From assembly GCA_008632985.1 (NCBI GenBank), contig QPGO01000110.1:62001-126000 (forward strand): DNA of 64,000 nucleotides. Direction: 5' to 3'. Under the pieces are notes generated by a model. The model did no database searches. It was not told the origin of the DNA and saw only the letters and a program-made list of their open reading frames with translations. This DNA is from Psammoneis japonica. Taxonomy: Eukaryota. Both the position numbers and the translations under genes were made by a program. Below, one piece after another: positions 23,335 through 36,514 of this stretch (position 1 is its first letter; each line of letters begins with the position of its first letter).

Positions 23335-24313
23335 CTACGGCGATGCTTCTTTCACTAGATTCTCTGAAAGCTCCCATAGTATCCGCGGTGCGTCCTTTCC
23401 TAAACTGTCCACATACTCCGTTTCTTTCGTCGCAACATCTCCGTCCCGATATACTGTCCCACTCTTCAGTTCCGGCTCGATCACGGCAAACACAATGTTT
23501 TGCGCTCCTTGTACCGTACTCCGCTGGATCAAACGCATTATTGGTATTGCCGTGGCTTTTTTGTACCATGCAAAACTCATATTCCGAGCTAGACTTGATC
23601 GGCAAAACCCTGGGCTAACTGCTACAGCTGTGACTCCCTTTTCATTGCCGAGATGCTTTGCCGTAAGTGCATTCATGAGTTTGGAATCACAGTATCCAGT
23701 AGGAGCAAAGCTTGGTTTACTGTCATGTTCGTCCTCTACTTGACGACCGTCTCGAACGAAATCCTTTTTTCAAGATCCAGCTTCCCGACGTCATCAACCC
23801 AGAACCCACAATCACAATCCTGTCCTGAACAAAGCCAGTCAATTCCTGGATAAGCGCAAAGTGACCAAGATGATTGACACCAAAATGAATTTCAAATCCA
23901 TCCTTGGTTTTCGCGTGTTGATCCATTGGAACCCAGACTCCAGCGTTGCAAATCAACGTATCGATTTTGGGATACTTGCTTTTGAGAGCAGAACTGAACT
24001 CTCTCACTGATGCGAGTGACGCTAAATCAAGCTCAAAGACATCAACCGGAAGGGAAGACCCGATGGATTGAGATGCTTCTTTGGCTTTTTCAATGTTTCG
24101 GCACGCAATCACAACTTGAGCGCTACGTTTTGCCAGATCCTTGCTGCTTCGAGTCCTAAACCACGTTTGCTCCCGTGATTACTATCGTTTTCCAGTCAAA
24201 TCACACTCCTTGGACCTGCAGTCAATCCATCCTCGAGCAATACGACGACGAATGAGGTAAAGTGCCGACCCAATCACACCAACAGTGCCGACAGTGGTGC
24301 TAAGGACCGCCAT
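23335..24313 (-). CDS. Short-chain dehydrogenase/reductase, retinol-dehydrogenase (RDH11-14)-like; frameshifts probably assembly errors
   Basis: N-terminal TM anchor; IACRN..KA; LDLASLASVREF; LICNAGV; DGFEIHFGVNHLGHF; VSPGFCRS. Confidence 0.85.
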
Positions 24314-24478
24314 TGTCAGCAGAATTTTCTTTTTTGGAGCCTTCGATGTGAATTGTGAGGCTTGTTGAGATTCCGCATTCTGCGTTTCAAAGATACCGTT
24401 TGGTCGCGGATTTGTTCGTGGAAAGCTGACGTGCAAGAAGCACGCACGACACCAAAAAGTGAGACTGACTCATCCTCC

Positions 24479-25445
24479 ATGACAGCAACCAACACCGTCA
24501 ATCAAAGCAAATCATGGCAACAACTGGCCTCAAAATCTGTAATCAACACCATCAAAGCACTGACAACAATGACGTTCAATGGCAACCAGGCCGGAATGGC
24601 CATCTTTTTAATATTTGCAGTTTTTGCCAACGCGTGGTTTGTGTTGAAATCTTCGTTGCGAGCCTTTCGCAAGAGACAAGACGACTCGTTAAAGGCATTC
24701 AATCCATTTCGACAGCAGCTTTTGAAATATTCCGTCCTTGCCATGGCCTTGTTTGATATTCCATGGGTATGGCTCTGTATGATCAGTGCTGGAACAACAT
24801 GTTGACAGAGCCAAACAGTTTTCATCAAAGCACCGGCGACGATAGCTTTGGATGCAAGTTTATGGGTTTCTATTCAAGCTTTTCTCTCATATCCATGATG
24901 GGAAGCCATTGTCTCGTGGCGTACTACTTGATGAATCTGCTCAACAACCGTACCAATGACGAAAGAGGTTCATTTTTGGATAGCACCCGAGGTTTGATAT
25001 CCATGTCGGTACTCATTTTGATTACGGCCGTGCTGTTTGGCCTCATGCCACTCATGCAAGGCGACGGATACAGACTAACAAACGGTGGATTCTGTTATGC
25101 TGACTTTACCAACAGCACGCAGAGTATTGTGATTTTGTCCTTTGTGGTATTCTTTTTGCTCCTTGCCGCGATGCTTTGGATCAGAATTGGTAACTGGAAG
25201 AAGTACTGGGTTTATTATGCCTTTTTCTTTTGCACGTGGATCTTGTGGGTACCCGCCACATCTTATGGAATTGCCACTGGAGACGAGATTGCAAGTCCGT
25301 ACATGATTATTGGTGCTATTGTCGGTCACAGCAATGCAATCATCAATCCAGTCCTTTACGAGTCAAGCTGTTTCAACAATTGAAGAGACAATCTGATTCC
25401 GAACAAGACGCTTACGTTGGCATGTCCAAAGAGTTTGAGCCGTGA
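24479..25445 (+). CDS. Class A (rhodopsin-like) 7TM GPCR; frameshifts probably assembly errors
   Basis: TM1 FANAW, TM2 LAMALFD, TM3 GCKFMGF, ECL2 GGFCYADF, TM6 ILWVP, TM7 NAIINPVLY (NPxxY). Confidence 0.75.
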
Positions 25446-25510
25446 GATAGTATGCATAGTTGGTAATTAGGTTTTGGTTTACATTTTCTAGTTTTGATCT
25501 AACGTTGAAA

Positions 25511-25680
25511 CAAGAGCACAGGCTCAGCAAGCTAGTGCAATGCATAGAATTGGAGTCTCTACATGATCCAGCGTGAGCCCAGTCAAGCTAACGCTGTAGC
25601 AAGAGCACAGTCTCAGCAAGATAGTGCAGTAAATAGGATTGGAGTCTCGACATGACCCAGCGTGGGCCCCAGTCAAGCTG
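25511..25680. repeat. Two tandem ~85-bp copies
   Basis: CAAGAGCACAG..CTCAGCAAG..TTGGAGTCTC..ACATGA..CCAGTCAAGCT occurs twice. Confidence 0.75.
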
Positions 25681-26729
25681 ATAGAAACGACGACATCAAA
25701 GTATTCAACGACATCGCAAGCGCTACGACCGCCATCGTTGTCCACAGACATACGCACGGAATAAGTAACGCGCAAATAAAGATTGCTATATTGTACTTTT
25801 AGTCTTTCTACTTCTATTGGGAAAGTTTCAAAGAGTGTTTCAAATTTGCTATTGAAATGGTTGCGTAGGGTAACGTTGCCTCAAGAGCTCCATCAAAAGA
25901 TGGCGCTCAAGCTTTTACGTATCTTATTCAGAGAGAAAAATATCACTCTAAAAAATGTAAAAGGGGGGACGTACTACGGAGACAACAAGAAAACTTGCGA
26001 GTCAACCGCGTGCTAAATCAACACTCCCTACGAGTGAAGACTTACCGTATCATGTCACTGATACGACGGAACCCCAAACCCGTGTTCCGTCAACGGTGTG
26101 ATCTGCTTGGCGAGCTTTTGCTGCTTCGCAGATGAACGCTGCTGTCTGTTTCAACAGCCGTGACCTGACGGGTCAAGCGAACAGGCAACTTCCTGCGGTC
26201 AAAGACACAGGAGCAACATGGACTCCAGGCCGGAGACACGCATTCGATTTGCCCCGACCTCCGGACTTAACTGGCAACACCTGCGCCACCTGGCGACAAC
26301 ACGCCATCAAGCTAAATGAGTTGTGGAATGCCAAACGAGAGCGAGTGCTCAATCCAGAGGAAGGGCGAGCCATCCTTGGCGATTACGGCATTCAGGCTTG
26401 GCAAACAACAACACTCGTGCGAGACGACGAGTTGTGATCGAAAACGAGCGCGAAATTCCGACTGTGTCGTGACCGTTGCTATATTTCTCAATCACTATCA
26501 TTTTTGTGTGCTTTTGTAGAAGTAATACCATGATTTCGTATGTAGAACATTCGTTGGGACTTGGTACTTTACAAATTATTACTAATTCCTACGTAGACCT
26601 TACGGTTGCCGTACAAAACGCCAGAAAAAACTGCCGCCGATGCGTCTTCCTTTGCGCGCGCGCGCCGTTGTCAAGCAGGTCCGTCCGTCCGAGCACCACC
26701 AGAATTTCATAATGGCATGTTCATAATGT

Positions 26730-27950
26730 GACGATGCCCTCCCTTTTCCCCGTGCCGATTCTCTCCGTGCTGCTCTCTCTTTTCTTAACCCTGTGAATGA
26801 TCCCTCCTGCAATCCAGAGCTCACTTCTGGCATCCGCTTCCTTGGACAACCTCTTGGCTCCCGAGATTTTGCCAGTTCCTTCCTGTCTGGCATCTCCTCC
26901 ACTCTCTCGCACAAAGCTGACATGCTCCTTGCTCACCTTCACGACAAGCAAACTCAAGGTCAACTTTTCAAGCACTGCTTCATTCCCACCTTGGCTCACC
27001 TCCTCGGTGCCAACTTCCACTGCAACTTTGATCCCAACAATCCCTCCGATCCCTTGCTTTGGAGACCTCGCCCTTTCAAGACTCGCTTCTCACCATCACT
27101 CACCGCTTTCTCTGCTGCATCGCCTCTCATGCTGCTCCTTTCCCTGATCACTCTTTGGCCACAGCCTTTCTCCCAGAGCATTGCTTGGGGGCCTTGGCCT
27201 TTGAGACCCAACGGCTGCTGCCATTCCATCGCTTGTGTGGTTTCCTTGCTTCGTTCATTTTGCTTTGCCTCTCACGGCATCAAGCTGCCACCAGGTGCTG
27301 CAATTGCTCTTCCTCACTGCTTTGGGGTTTCTCTGTCCTCCTGGCACAACCCTTGATCTGCCCTGTGACTCTGCTCCATCTTTTGCCACCATGCCTCGAT
27401 TCTTGACTCTGCTTCTGCCCTTTCTCCTGCTTCCTTGTCTGCGCTTGTCAAGTCTGCTGCTCTTCCTGGCTTGGCTCGTTGGCTGCATCATGATCATCAG
27501 CAGCATTCTTGCTGATGCCCCCTCTGAAATGCAGATCTTCCCACCTTTGCTGCTGTCTCCGCTTGCCAGTCTGCCTCTTCACTCCTTCTCCCGCCGCTCT
27601 TCAAGTTCCCGCCTCTCTTCCAATGTCTGCATCATTGCCATTCAATGCAAGCTGCGTCTTCCTGTCCTTCCTCCTTCTCTTGTTGACACACCCTGCTCTT
27701 GTGGTCACACCATTCTGGATGCTTGTGGCGACCACGCCTTCTCTTGCCGTGGCACACACAAGTCCAAACTTTTCAATGGCCTGTGTGACACCCTCTTCAT
27801 TCCAGCTCAAACTTTGGGCCCCCTTGCTCAACTGTGCTGCTCCTCCACAGACGTCCACCTTGAACCCCTCAATTTGCTTCCTTCTCAGCCTCTCCTTTGC
27901 CCTGCCAATGTTGGCACATCCGTTGCATTCAGCACACTCCGCGATCTGTG
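26730..27950 (+). mobile_element. Non-LTR retrotransposon remnant (RT C-terminus + Cys/His knuckle)
   Basis: GIRFLGQPLGS (RT thumb-region motif) and CSCGHTILDACGDHAFSC; frameshifted; TpA-depleted. Confidence 0.65.
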
Positions 27951-29799
27951 CTGTGTCACAACCAAAGCAAAAGAAGAATGGAGCACTGCTTGGAACACAT
28001 CAACTGTGTGGAAAGCTGTGTCGGAATGCTGCAGTGTGGTGTCCACTGCGTTTGTCTGCTTCAGCTGCTGCATGTTGTCGGGAGTGGAGTTGCGCTGCCC
28101 TCAGCAAACCTCTGGAGTCTCAACCTTTGCTGTCTGCATTCACCAACACAGCAAACTCCATCAAAAAGCAACTGCCCAATGACGTGGGCAAATGGAGACA
28201 ACCTTGCACGTGCCGAGTTCTCATTGCTTGGTGCTCACAGAGCATTGATGCCAAGGAGACTCAACTCCAGTCCACCTGATCTTGACAGAGTCTGCAAGGG
28301 CCAGCAGCAGCTTGGGCATTTTCTGCACTTCTCAAGACAAGCTTGTGAGTCTGCAAGAAGAACCATCTCTAACATGTTTTGGTGCTTGTCAAGAATGAAA
28401 CTTGTCAACAAACAAAATTGTTGCATGCGTGCTGTCTCTGTCCACTGATCTTCAGTGTTCTCACTTGCCAATTGTGCATTCTTAAAATCATCACAAATGT
28501 GCCAACTCTGCCCAGTTGTCAATTGTGCATTTTTACAAACTTTGGGTCACAAATTGTTTGACCATTTTTTACCTGCGTGGCCCGATTCGCGGTCGGCGGA
28601 CACACATTTTTTCACACCACACCACAGACACCAACAGCCGCAATGTTGTTGACACGACCCATGTCAACAACATTGCAGAGGTGAGCTCTTTCTTTGTTTT
28701 CTCATTTTGCACCAATTGCATGCTCACTGAAGATGTTGTTTGTGCTTTGTCAAAGCTTCACAGGTGGGTTGATCGTCTCGTGCGGTTGATTGTTGCATCT
28801 GTGATGTTGGTGTTTTTTTCGCGGCATTTGCACCACCACAGCACATCCGTTCGGGAGCCTCATGCCTCGCCCCACTCTGCACCCTTTGGTGCACCTGTTG
28901 TGCATGTTGGCATGGATTTGTCATGTGCTTGACATGTTTTTGAAGGTCTTGGTTGGCTTGCAATCACAGCATGTCGTTTTTCGGCCACAACAATTTCTTG
29001 AAAGTGCGCGCCGTGGGAACAAAACAATGCGATGGAGTCTTGGGGACACTCATGACGTTGGCGTTTGTCAGACAGCCTTCCCACAGTCCAAAAAAGGTGA
29101 TCCTGTGAGCACAACGTAATTGTTTGAGCATTGGACTCGTTTTGATGAAACTTGCACACCTCACAAGCCTTTTTTGTGCGTCTCGTTCATGTGCGCAGGT
29201 GTCTGGTCCTTTTTGACCCTTTCTTCCTGCTCTGCAATCGTGTTGTTTTTATGATCTGAGACACAATGTCTCCCCCACATTGTTTTGGGTGATCTTGTCA
29301 GCACAACTGCCAGACTGGGTTTTGCGCTGGGCAAAACAGAGAAGTGGAGGCTTGTGTGGCCGGGCTCCTTGCCTTCTCTTGGATGTGTGGATGCAACAAT
29401 CTGCTGGCGGCATTTGAGGCCATGAAATTTGCCAGGGTGACTCAGAACTGCCTTGGAAAGGTGCCCTGGTGAGCACACTGTGACATGTGGCCTCAATGGA
29501 TTGTTGTTGTGTGTGTTGTTCCACTCACATTTTCATTTTGCCTGTCATGTTTTCAGCATGATTGTCTGGGACTGCAAGTGCTGAAAGTGGCCTTTCCATG
29601 CCAACACTCTGCATGACACAAAAGTCCGTTGACAACACTTGCATGTTTGGGGAATCAGATCTTGGAGCTTTTGGCATCCAGCCGGGTCTAGAGAGAAGCT
29701 CCTGACCATGGCTTTTAAAGTGTTGCCTGGGGTCCACTGCAGACATTCAATGCATGGTGTTTGACAACAGTTGTTGGGTGGGTGGGTGCACACATGGTG

Positions 29800-31220
29800 C
29801 TGTTTCACTTCAGAAGTTGGGAATTGAGTCTCACCCTGACATTTTGTGAAGTGACATGGGCTGCAGCTGAGCCAGCCTGGCGGCAAAGGAGGTTCGCAGC
29901 TGTCTTGGGATGGCATTGGAGGACTCCAGTGGGTCCCAGAGGATGCATCAACAACAATGGTTGGGAAGCAAAGGCCTTGTCTTGTGTCCACACAGCCCTT
30001 TGTCTCTCTGACATGACTGGGTTCCTTTGCCCAGCCACGCCACCTGCAAAAACAAGAAAACAATCTGTGTGACAGCACAAGTGCTCTGTTGTCTTGGGGT
30101 GGCCTTGGAAGACTCGATCAGGACCCAGAGAGTGCAACAACAACAATGGTTGGGAAGCAAAGGCCTTGTCTTGTGTTGGTGTGGCACCTTGTCTCTCTGG
30201 CATGGCTGGGTTTGGCCCAGCCAAGAACCGTCCTGCTGCAAGAAAGATGAGGGAACTGTCTGTGTGACAGTGCGCAGGCACTCCATGTTGTCTTGGGACA
30301 TTTGCAAGAGACTTCATTGGGTCCTCAAGGAGGCAACAACAACAGTGGTTGCAAAGGAAAAGCCTTGTCTGGTTGTGAGTTTGGTTGCATGTCTTGGTGT
30401 CTCCAACTGGAGCAACAGGCTTGCCGAGGGGTGCGTGGCACATGAATGATTTGGGGAGCTGCAAGCCATGTCTTGGGCAGCAGCAGCAGCCCCTTGCATG
30501 ATCCCTCCACACAAGAAAATGCCTGCACAAGGTGCTGTGGGGAGGCATCAGCCAACCTGCAAAGAAAAGGGAGCCATCTGTGTGATGGTGCAAGCACTGC
30601 ATTGTCTTGGGATGGCTTTTGGCAGCTCAACCTGCAAGAAAGACAAGGGAGTCATCTGTGTGACAGCGCAAGCACTCCGTTGTCTCAGGATGGCTTTTGG
30701 TGGCTCAACCTGCAAGAAAGACAAGGGAGCCATCTGTGTGACAGTGCAAGCACTCAGTTGTCTGAGGACACGCACAAGAAACTCTGTTGGGTCCAGGAAG
30801 AGGCAACCACAATGGTGGTTGGGAAGGAAAAGCTTTTTGTCTTGGGCCAATGCAGCCCCTTTTCTTTCTGATGTGATCGGCTTGCTTTGGTGATGGAGCC
30901 ACCACCCCACCTGCAAAGGCAAGGGAGCTTTCTGCAGACAGTGCCAGTGCCCAGATGTCTTTTGCTGGCCCCTTGGGTGACTCCATTGTGTCCCAGGAGA
31001 GCCAACAACAACCTTGGTTGGGGAGCAAAGGCTTGTCTTGTGTCAACAATGTGGCCCCTTTTCTTTCTGATGACATGACTGGGGCCTTCTTTGGTCCAGC
31101 CAATGCACCTGTGCAGATGCCATTGAGCCATCTGTGTGACAGCGCAAGTGACCAGTTGTCTTGGGATGGCTGTTGGAGGAGACTCCATTGGGTGCCAGGG
31201 CATGCAACAACAATCATGGG
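29800..31220. repeat. Degenerate tandem repeat array
   Basis: Recurring motifs CCATCTGTGTGACAG(C/T)GCAAG, ACCTGCAAGAAAGA and TGGTTGGGAAGCAAAGGCCTTGTCTTG. Confidence 0.7.
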
Positions 31221-34200
31221 AACTTTGTGCCAGTGCATGAGATTGCAATGGCTGAAGGCAGAGTGGCACAGGCCTGCGTTCACATGGTCCACAGTGGCTT
31301 TGTCATTGTGAAGGCAGCAGCAGTGGTGGCAGTTGCTGGGTTTGGACCATCAGCCAGTGCTGCAACAGCTCCAGCAGCAGAGCCTTGGTTTCTCTGAGGG
31401 CTCCTGCTGCTGAGCTTTTGTGGCTGAGATTGAGCTTGAGATTTGCCAGCTCAACCTGCACAGCAAGACTGTGAAAATTTTCATCTTAACAAGAACACAC
31501 TGACAAGATGAAAACTGTGCAGCAAGACTGTGAAAATTTTTGCATCTTGGTGAGAACACATTGACACAATGAAAGATGAGAAATTGACCGACTGCCGACA
31601 CACGGCACACATGCAAAACCCAAATGACTGGATGATTTCATTGAGTCATTTCAAATCATTCAAACCTTCAAAACGGAATGTGAGCATGGAATTTTAAAAC
31701 AAAATTGTCACTTAAAAAATGATGCTGACAGGAATCACCAGGCAGACAGGCTCAACATTGCTGCAAAAACACGAGCCATCATTTCCTCACAAGACACCAA
31801 ACACAAAACACAGGGTTTGTCAAACATCATGACAATGATGTCAGCAGCAAGGGAAGGCAACAGAAGAGCGCCAGGGGGAGGAGGACAATGCAGAACACAA
31901 GGCAAGAGAAAGGCAGGAACTGAGTCTGTGAGTGCATGGAGTTTGGGCAACAATGCAAACAACTGGCACTTTGGCCAATCTTTCAACTCAGACGTTGTGA
32001 TGTTGATGACATGCAAAGGCAGACGGAAGGGAAGACGGCCCTGCAGGGGCCACACAAAGGTGAGCAAAGCACATTCGAAACAATGCAAATGCAATGCTCT
32101 CATCTGTTGCGTGCTCTTTTCTCTTCTTTGCAGGCGATGCTTTGGCAAACTGGTGCAAAACACGAAAGAGACATGGTCGCGTGCAAAGGTGAGCAGAAGC
32201 GCTGTTTTTGTCAAGACAGCCAAGCCCACGCAAAAACCAAACATGTGCAATGCTCTGATCTGTTGCAAGCTCTTTTCTCTTCTTTGCAGGTGAAGCTTTG
32301 GCAATCTGGCATGACAAGCAAAAAAGAGACAAGGTCACAACACGGAACGAACGATGGGATTTTGTGCATGGCGAGCGAGAGTGGATGCAAGGGACAGTGA
32401 AATGAGTGAAGCATCATGCCATCACTGCGGCATGGGAGAACTGGCAGGAGACAGGAAAAAGCCAAGGAGGGAAGAGCAGGAAACAGGAAGCAAAAATGCG
32501 TTCACTGCAGAAATGACAAAACACAGCTGGCACAATCACATTGCAAGAAACACACAGCCAATGTGCGAGCATCTCAATGCAATGAATGAATGTTGCAGTT
32601 GTCAGAAATGAACAATGTTGCAAAGCAGTTGCAATTGCACCCTTGTCAAGAAGTTTTGTTGACAATTGTTTCCTGCTTGGAAGGTCGCATCAATTGTGAG
32701 CGTGAGCTGAACAATTTTAAAATCATTGTGGTCGCAAGGCCAATCTTGTCAAGATTGAATGAAGAATTAGAGTCATTTTCATCAAGTGCCAAATCCCACT
32801 TGGCACATTGAAACAATCATCAAAATCAATTTGTGCACAGTTGATGAGCACTTGTTAAGAACACAGGATTCTCAACAAGAGCAAAACGAGTTCTGAACAA
32901 GAGCCATGATGTTTTCCAGACGACACAACGGCAGAAGAAACAGATGATGTGAGTGAAGCAAGCAGGGGCACATGGTGAGACACTGCACAGAAACACCCCA
33001 AAACATCTCAGCACTCACCCTCAAGAATCGTGATTCTGAAACATGACATGGTGAGCTAACTTCTCACACTGCTGGCATCAAAGAATGCAGTTTGCTGCGA
33101 TGGAGTGTCTCACTCTGCTGCAACATTGCAGCCATGCTCAGCTCTCATGAAATGAAAAGGCTGTGTTGCAAAATGAAAATGACAATTGAAGCAATTGCAG
33201 GTGGCTCAGCAGCTTTGAATGAATGATGAATCACTCAGCCAGCATCCTTCAACTTGCCATCAATTGTGAGCAGATGAGCACCCCCTCCACCTCTTCTTCA
33301 CGCTGGTCATCCTCATTGTTGTCATTTGTTTGATCAGCTGTGAGCAGATGAGCATCCCCTCCACCTCCTCTTCATGCTGGTTGTCCTCATCATTGTTGTT
33401 CATTTGATGTGCGCTTGAACTGTGATTTTTGAGAAGAGTGAAGAAGATTGCCAAAGAGAGGGAAAAAGAAGCCAACATGCAAAGACTTTGCTCCAGCACC
33501 AAGTTGCACACAAGCTGACAATTCCACAAAAATGCTTGGAATTCCACGATGCTTTTGTCCATGCTCTCAAACAAAAAGTCTCCATTTCTGACAATGCCAA
33601 ACACATCTGAGTCCTGGCACACAAGAGACTTGACACACACGCGCTGATGACCTGGCTCTCGCTCCAATCTTGTTTGACATGTTCAACCAAAATGCATCTG
33701 CTGTGGTGTCAAAAAGGAGAGTAAAGAGAAGAGACAAGATTCGTGATCAGCACAGCAAGACTCAATGGTGCACCTCTTCACCATTGCCGTTGCTTCCACA
33801 GTTGCTGTGCCGGAAGAGCCGGCTGGCAGGAACAACCAGCAGTGCCATCAAAAATGTCACTCTGACTGCGCAGCAGCGGCATGCTCTTGGGCCACCAGCC
33901 ATGCCACACTCCGTTGCTTGATGGAATGCCGACAGTTGTCAAACGCCGTTTAGTGCATTCCGTTTGTCATCCCGGAATGCAAAGAGAACGATGGTTGCCG
34001 GCACACGGAATGTGCTTTTCACATTCCTTGAGCAGCCCCCCTCGAAATGGAATGTGAGGCGCATTCCGTGAAAAGAGGCCTCCATACGAAATGTGCAAAA
34101 ATGGCCTTATTTCTTACGGAATAGCTCAGCGGAATGTGAGAAAAAGGCTTATTCCGTGCATTTCCGTGAAGTCTCAGCATTTTGCTGTCATGTTCATTTT

Positions 34201-34242
34201 ATTTCAACAACAGCGACGACACAACACAGTACGGTAACCACC

Positions 34243-35203
34243 ATGTCTTCCTCGAAAAAGCCATCATCGTCATCCTATGATTCCTTTGCTCAAGTGGACG
34301 AGCTGGTTTCGAAACCCGTGTTGGGTAGTGACGGTGCTGCAAAATGGCAAGACTTTCGTTCCACGTCCAAACAACTCCAGCACAACACGACGAGTTCGGC
34401 TCCGTCCTTGGTGATGAAGCACGTCGATCGTGTCGTGGGTTTCACTTCTCTGGAGCAAGAACGTGCCGTAGAAGAGCAAGTACGAAAAAAAGAAGGACAT
34501 GCAGACATGGGTTCGGATATACAAGCTTTAAACGCAAGGGCGATGCAGAGGACGCGGCAGAACGCAAACGACGAAAAGCCAATCGAGATCGTATACGACC
34601 CGACAAGATGACGTACTTTATTGCTGCTTCTACGTTTGAGGGATGGAAACATGATTATGTATTTACAACTCGTCATCGTGGGACTGGTTATTACTGGGAC
34701 GGTATGGATAGTGTTAAACAATTAGACGGCAAGCTCGAGATGAGTGCAAGTGAAAAAGCAGATAGCGAGACCCAACAATAACAAAAGCGATGAACCAGAA
34801 AAGGCCAAAAAGAAGAAAAAGAGGAAAAGAAAAGCTGTCGTGGAAGAATCGATTAGTCCCTTGGAGCAGGTGGCAAACGCTATTCAACGACGACAGGACA
34901 ACTGCAACAACCACCAGCCTTTCTTCGACAAGCTGGAGCCACCGCCTCTGCTACGACAACGCCTGCAGTCTCTGGTACCTTGAAAGAGGGTTGGGAAGAA
35001 GCAAAAGATCCGTCAAGTGGAAAGACGTATTATTTTGTCGTGCTACTGGTGAACGATCGTGGGATCGGCCAATGGAGAAAACAGAAGACAAGAATGTCGT
35101 GTTGCCGCCGGGATGGAAAGCTACAAAGGACCCAAAAACACAAAAAGAATATTACTATCATGCCGAGACTGGTAAAACCTCATGGGAGCGACCGAAATCC
35201 TAA
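34243..35203 (+). CDS. WW-domain protein; frameshifts probably assembly errors
   Basis: Two WW domains: EGWEEAKDPSSGKTYYF..SWDRP and LPPGWKATKDPKTQKEYYYHAETGKTSWERP. Confidence 0.8.
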
Positions 35204-35265
35204 TACATAATATACGGATCAGAGGTACTGGTAGCGTTGTTTTCTTAAATTTTGATACGATGATT

Positions 35266-36265
35266 CTATTCTTCCGCGAGACTGGGTCGTAACGCACAAT
35301 ACAAGACACTTCCAACCACGGGCAGCAAGATGGTACTGGCTGCAATTAAATTTGCCTTGTTCTTATCCGTCACGCCTCGTCGTTGCAAATCCTCCGGCAC
35401 TAGACTCGCAGCTGTCAGCGTTAGTATCAGCAAGTCTAAACTTGACGCAGCCGCAGGGCAGTGTGGGACACCAAATCGACATAACCATCGAGTTCAGATT
35501 GTAGACCACCTTGTAGCAAGTCGGGAAGGAATCCGGTAACCCAAAAGGTGGAGCATGCCATGGCCACCACGAGCCAATTGAAAATTTTGTTTTCCAACAC
35601 ATTTGCCGTGAACCATCCCAAGTCGGATTTTGTGACATTGATTTGCGGAACGCGTGTCATCATGTACAAGCCTAAATAAAAAAGTAATTTGTAGTGAGCT
35701 TGCGTTTCTCTCAAGACGTTCTTGTGTCATTTTCAATTCCAATGCCTACTCCCACACACGTACCTAACGAACCAAATCCAGCAAAGGCCGATCCGGCAAC
35801 AAAGGGGGCCGCCGGCAATTGTTGATTTTTGGAACCCGGCAACAATAGACACGCCATGGGAATAGCCACAAGTCCCAACAAATTGAAAATACAAACAAAG
35901 AGCAAATTGACGTCGGGGTGTATCGGGTCGACAAGAAACTGATCCAACACAGCCTTGGATGCTTGGGGAGCTTCTCGAAAGGAAGCGTACGCAGCCGTGA
36001 CGAGAAATGTCGTCCAGGCCTTGGCAAAGACGGGGTTTGTGATTGTCGGTAACGAAAAGGACTTTTCATTGTCGTCGACTGACATTTGAAATGTAATTGG
36101 TGTGGTCGAATGACGTGTGGACGACGGAATACTCGAAAACGGAGGAACAACAACCGAGTGCCTATTCAACGCTGCCGAGTGAGATACTGTCGGCACAAAT
36201 GCCGTTACGACAATCGGTACTGTCAAGGCCGCCATGGCAGCAGTGACGAAGGAAACACGCCTCAT
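35266..36265 (-). CDS. Hypothetical multi-pass membrane protein with a bipartite plastid-like presequence
   Basis: Signal peptide then VTAF; several TM segments; intron ~35760-35673; C-terminus ..LYCALRPSLAEE*. Confidence 0.6.
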
Positions 36266-36514
36266 CTTTCTTGAGACAAGTCGAATGATGAATGACGCAA
36301 CAAAGTACTGTACACTGTACCTGTCGGATGCAATTTCTGGAAATCAAAAAATGTGAGGGAGTGTGAGTCAGTCTTGACTTTCAGATTTTGCTGTTTGTGC
36401 TTTTGGAGCTTCCGTAGAAATGACGTGGAAATGGACAGTACGGAGAAACATGACGTCACGAAGAAAAGCCTGTTTTCTCATTTTTTTTGTTTCAGCCGCA
36501 CAAAATCTTTGACC

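Larger units (their letters stand above)
26730..34080. other. TpA/CpG-depleted domain with decayed repeats
   Basis: Near absence of TpA over ~7.3 kb with sharp edges; degenerate tandem repeats at ~29800-31220 and ~33260-33400. Confidence 0.8.
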
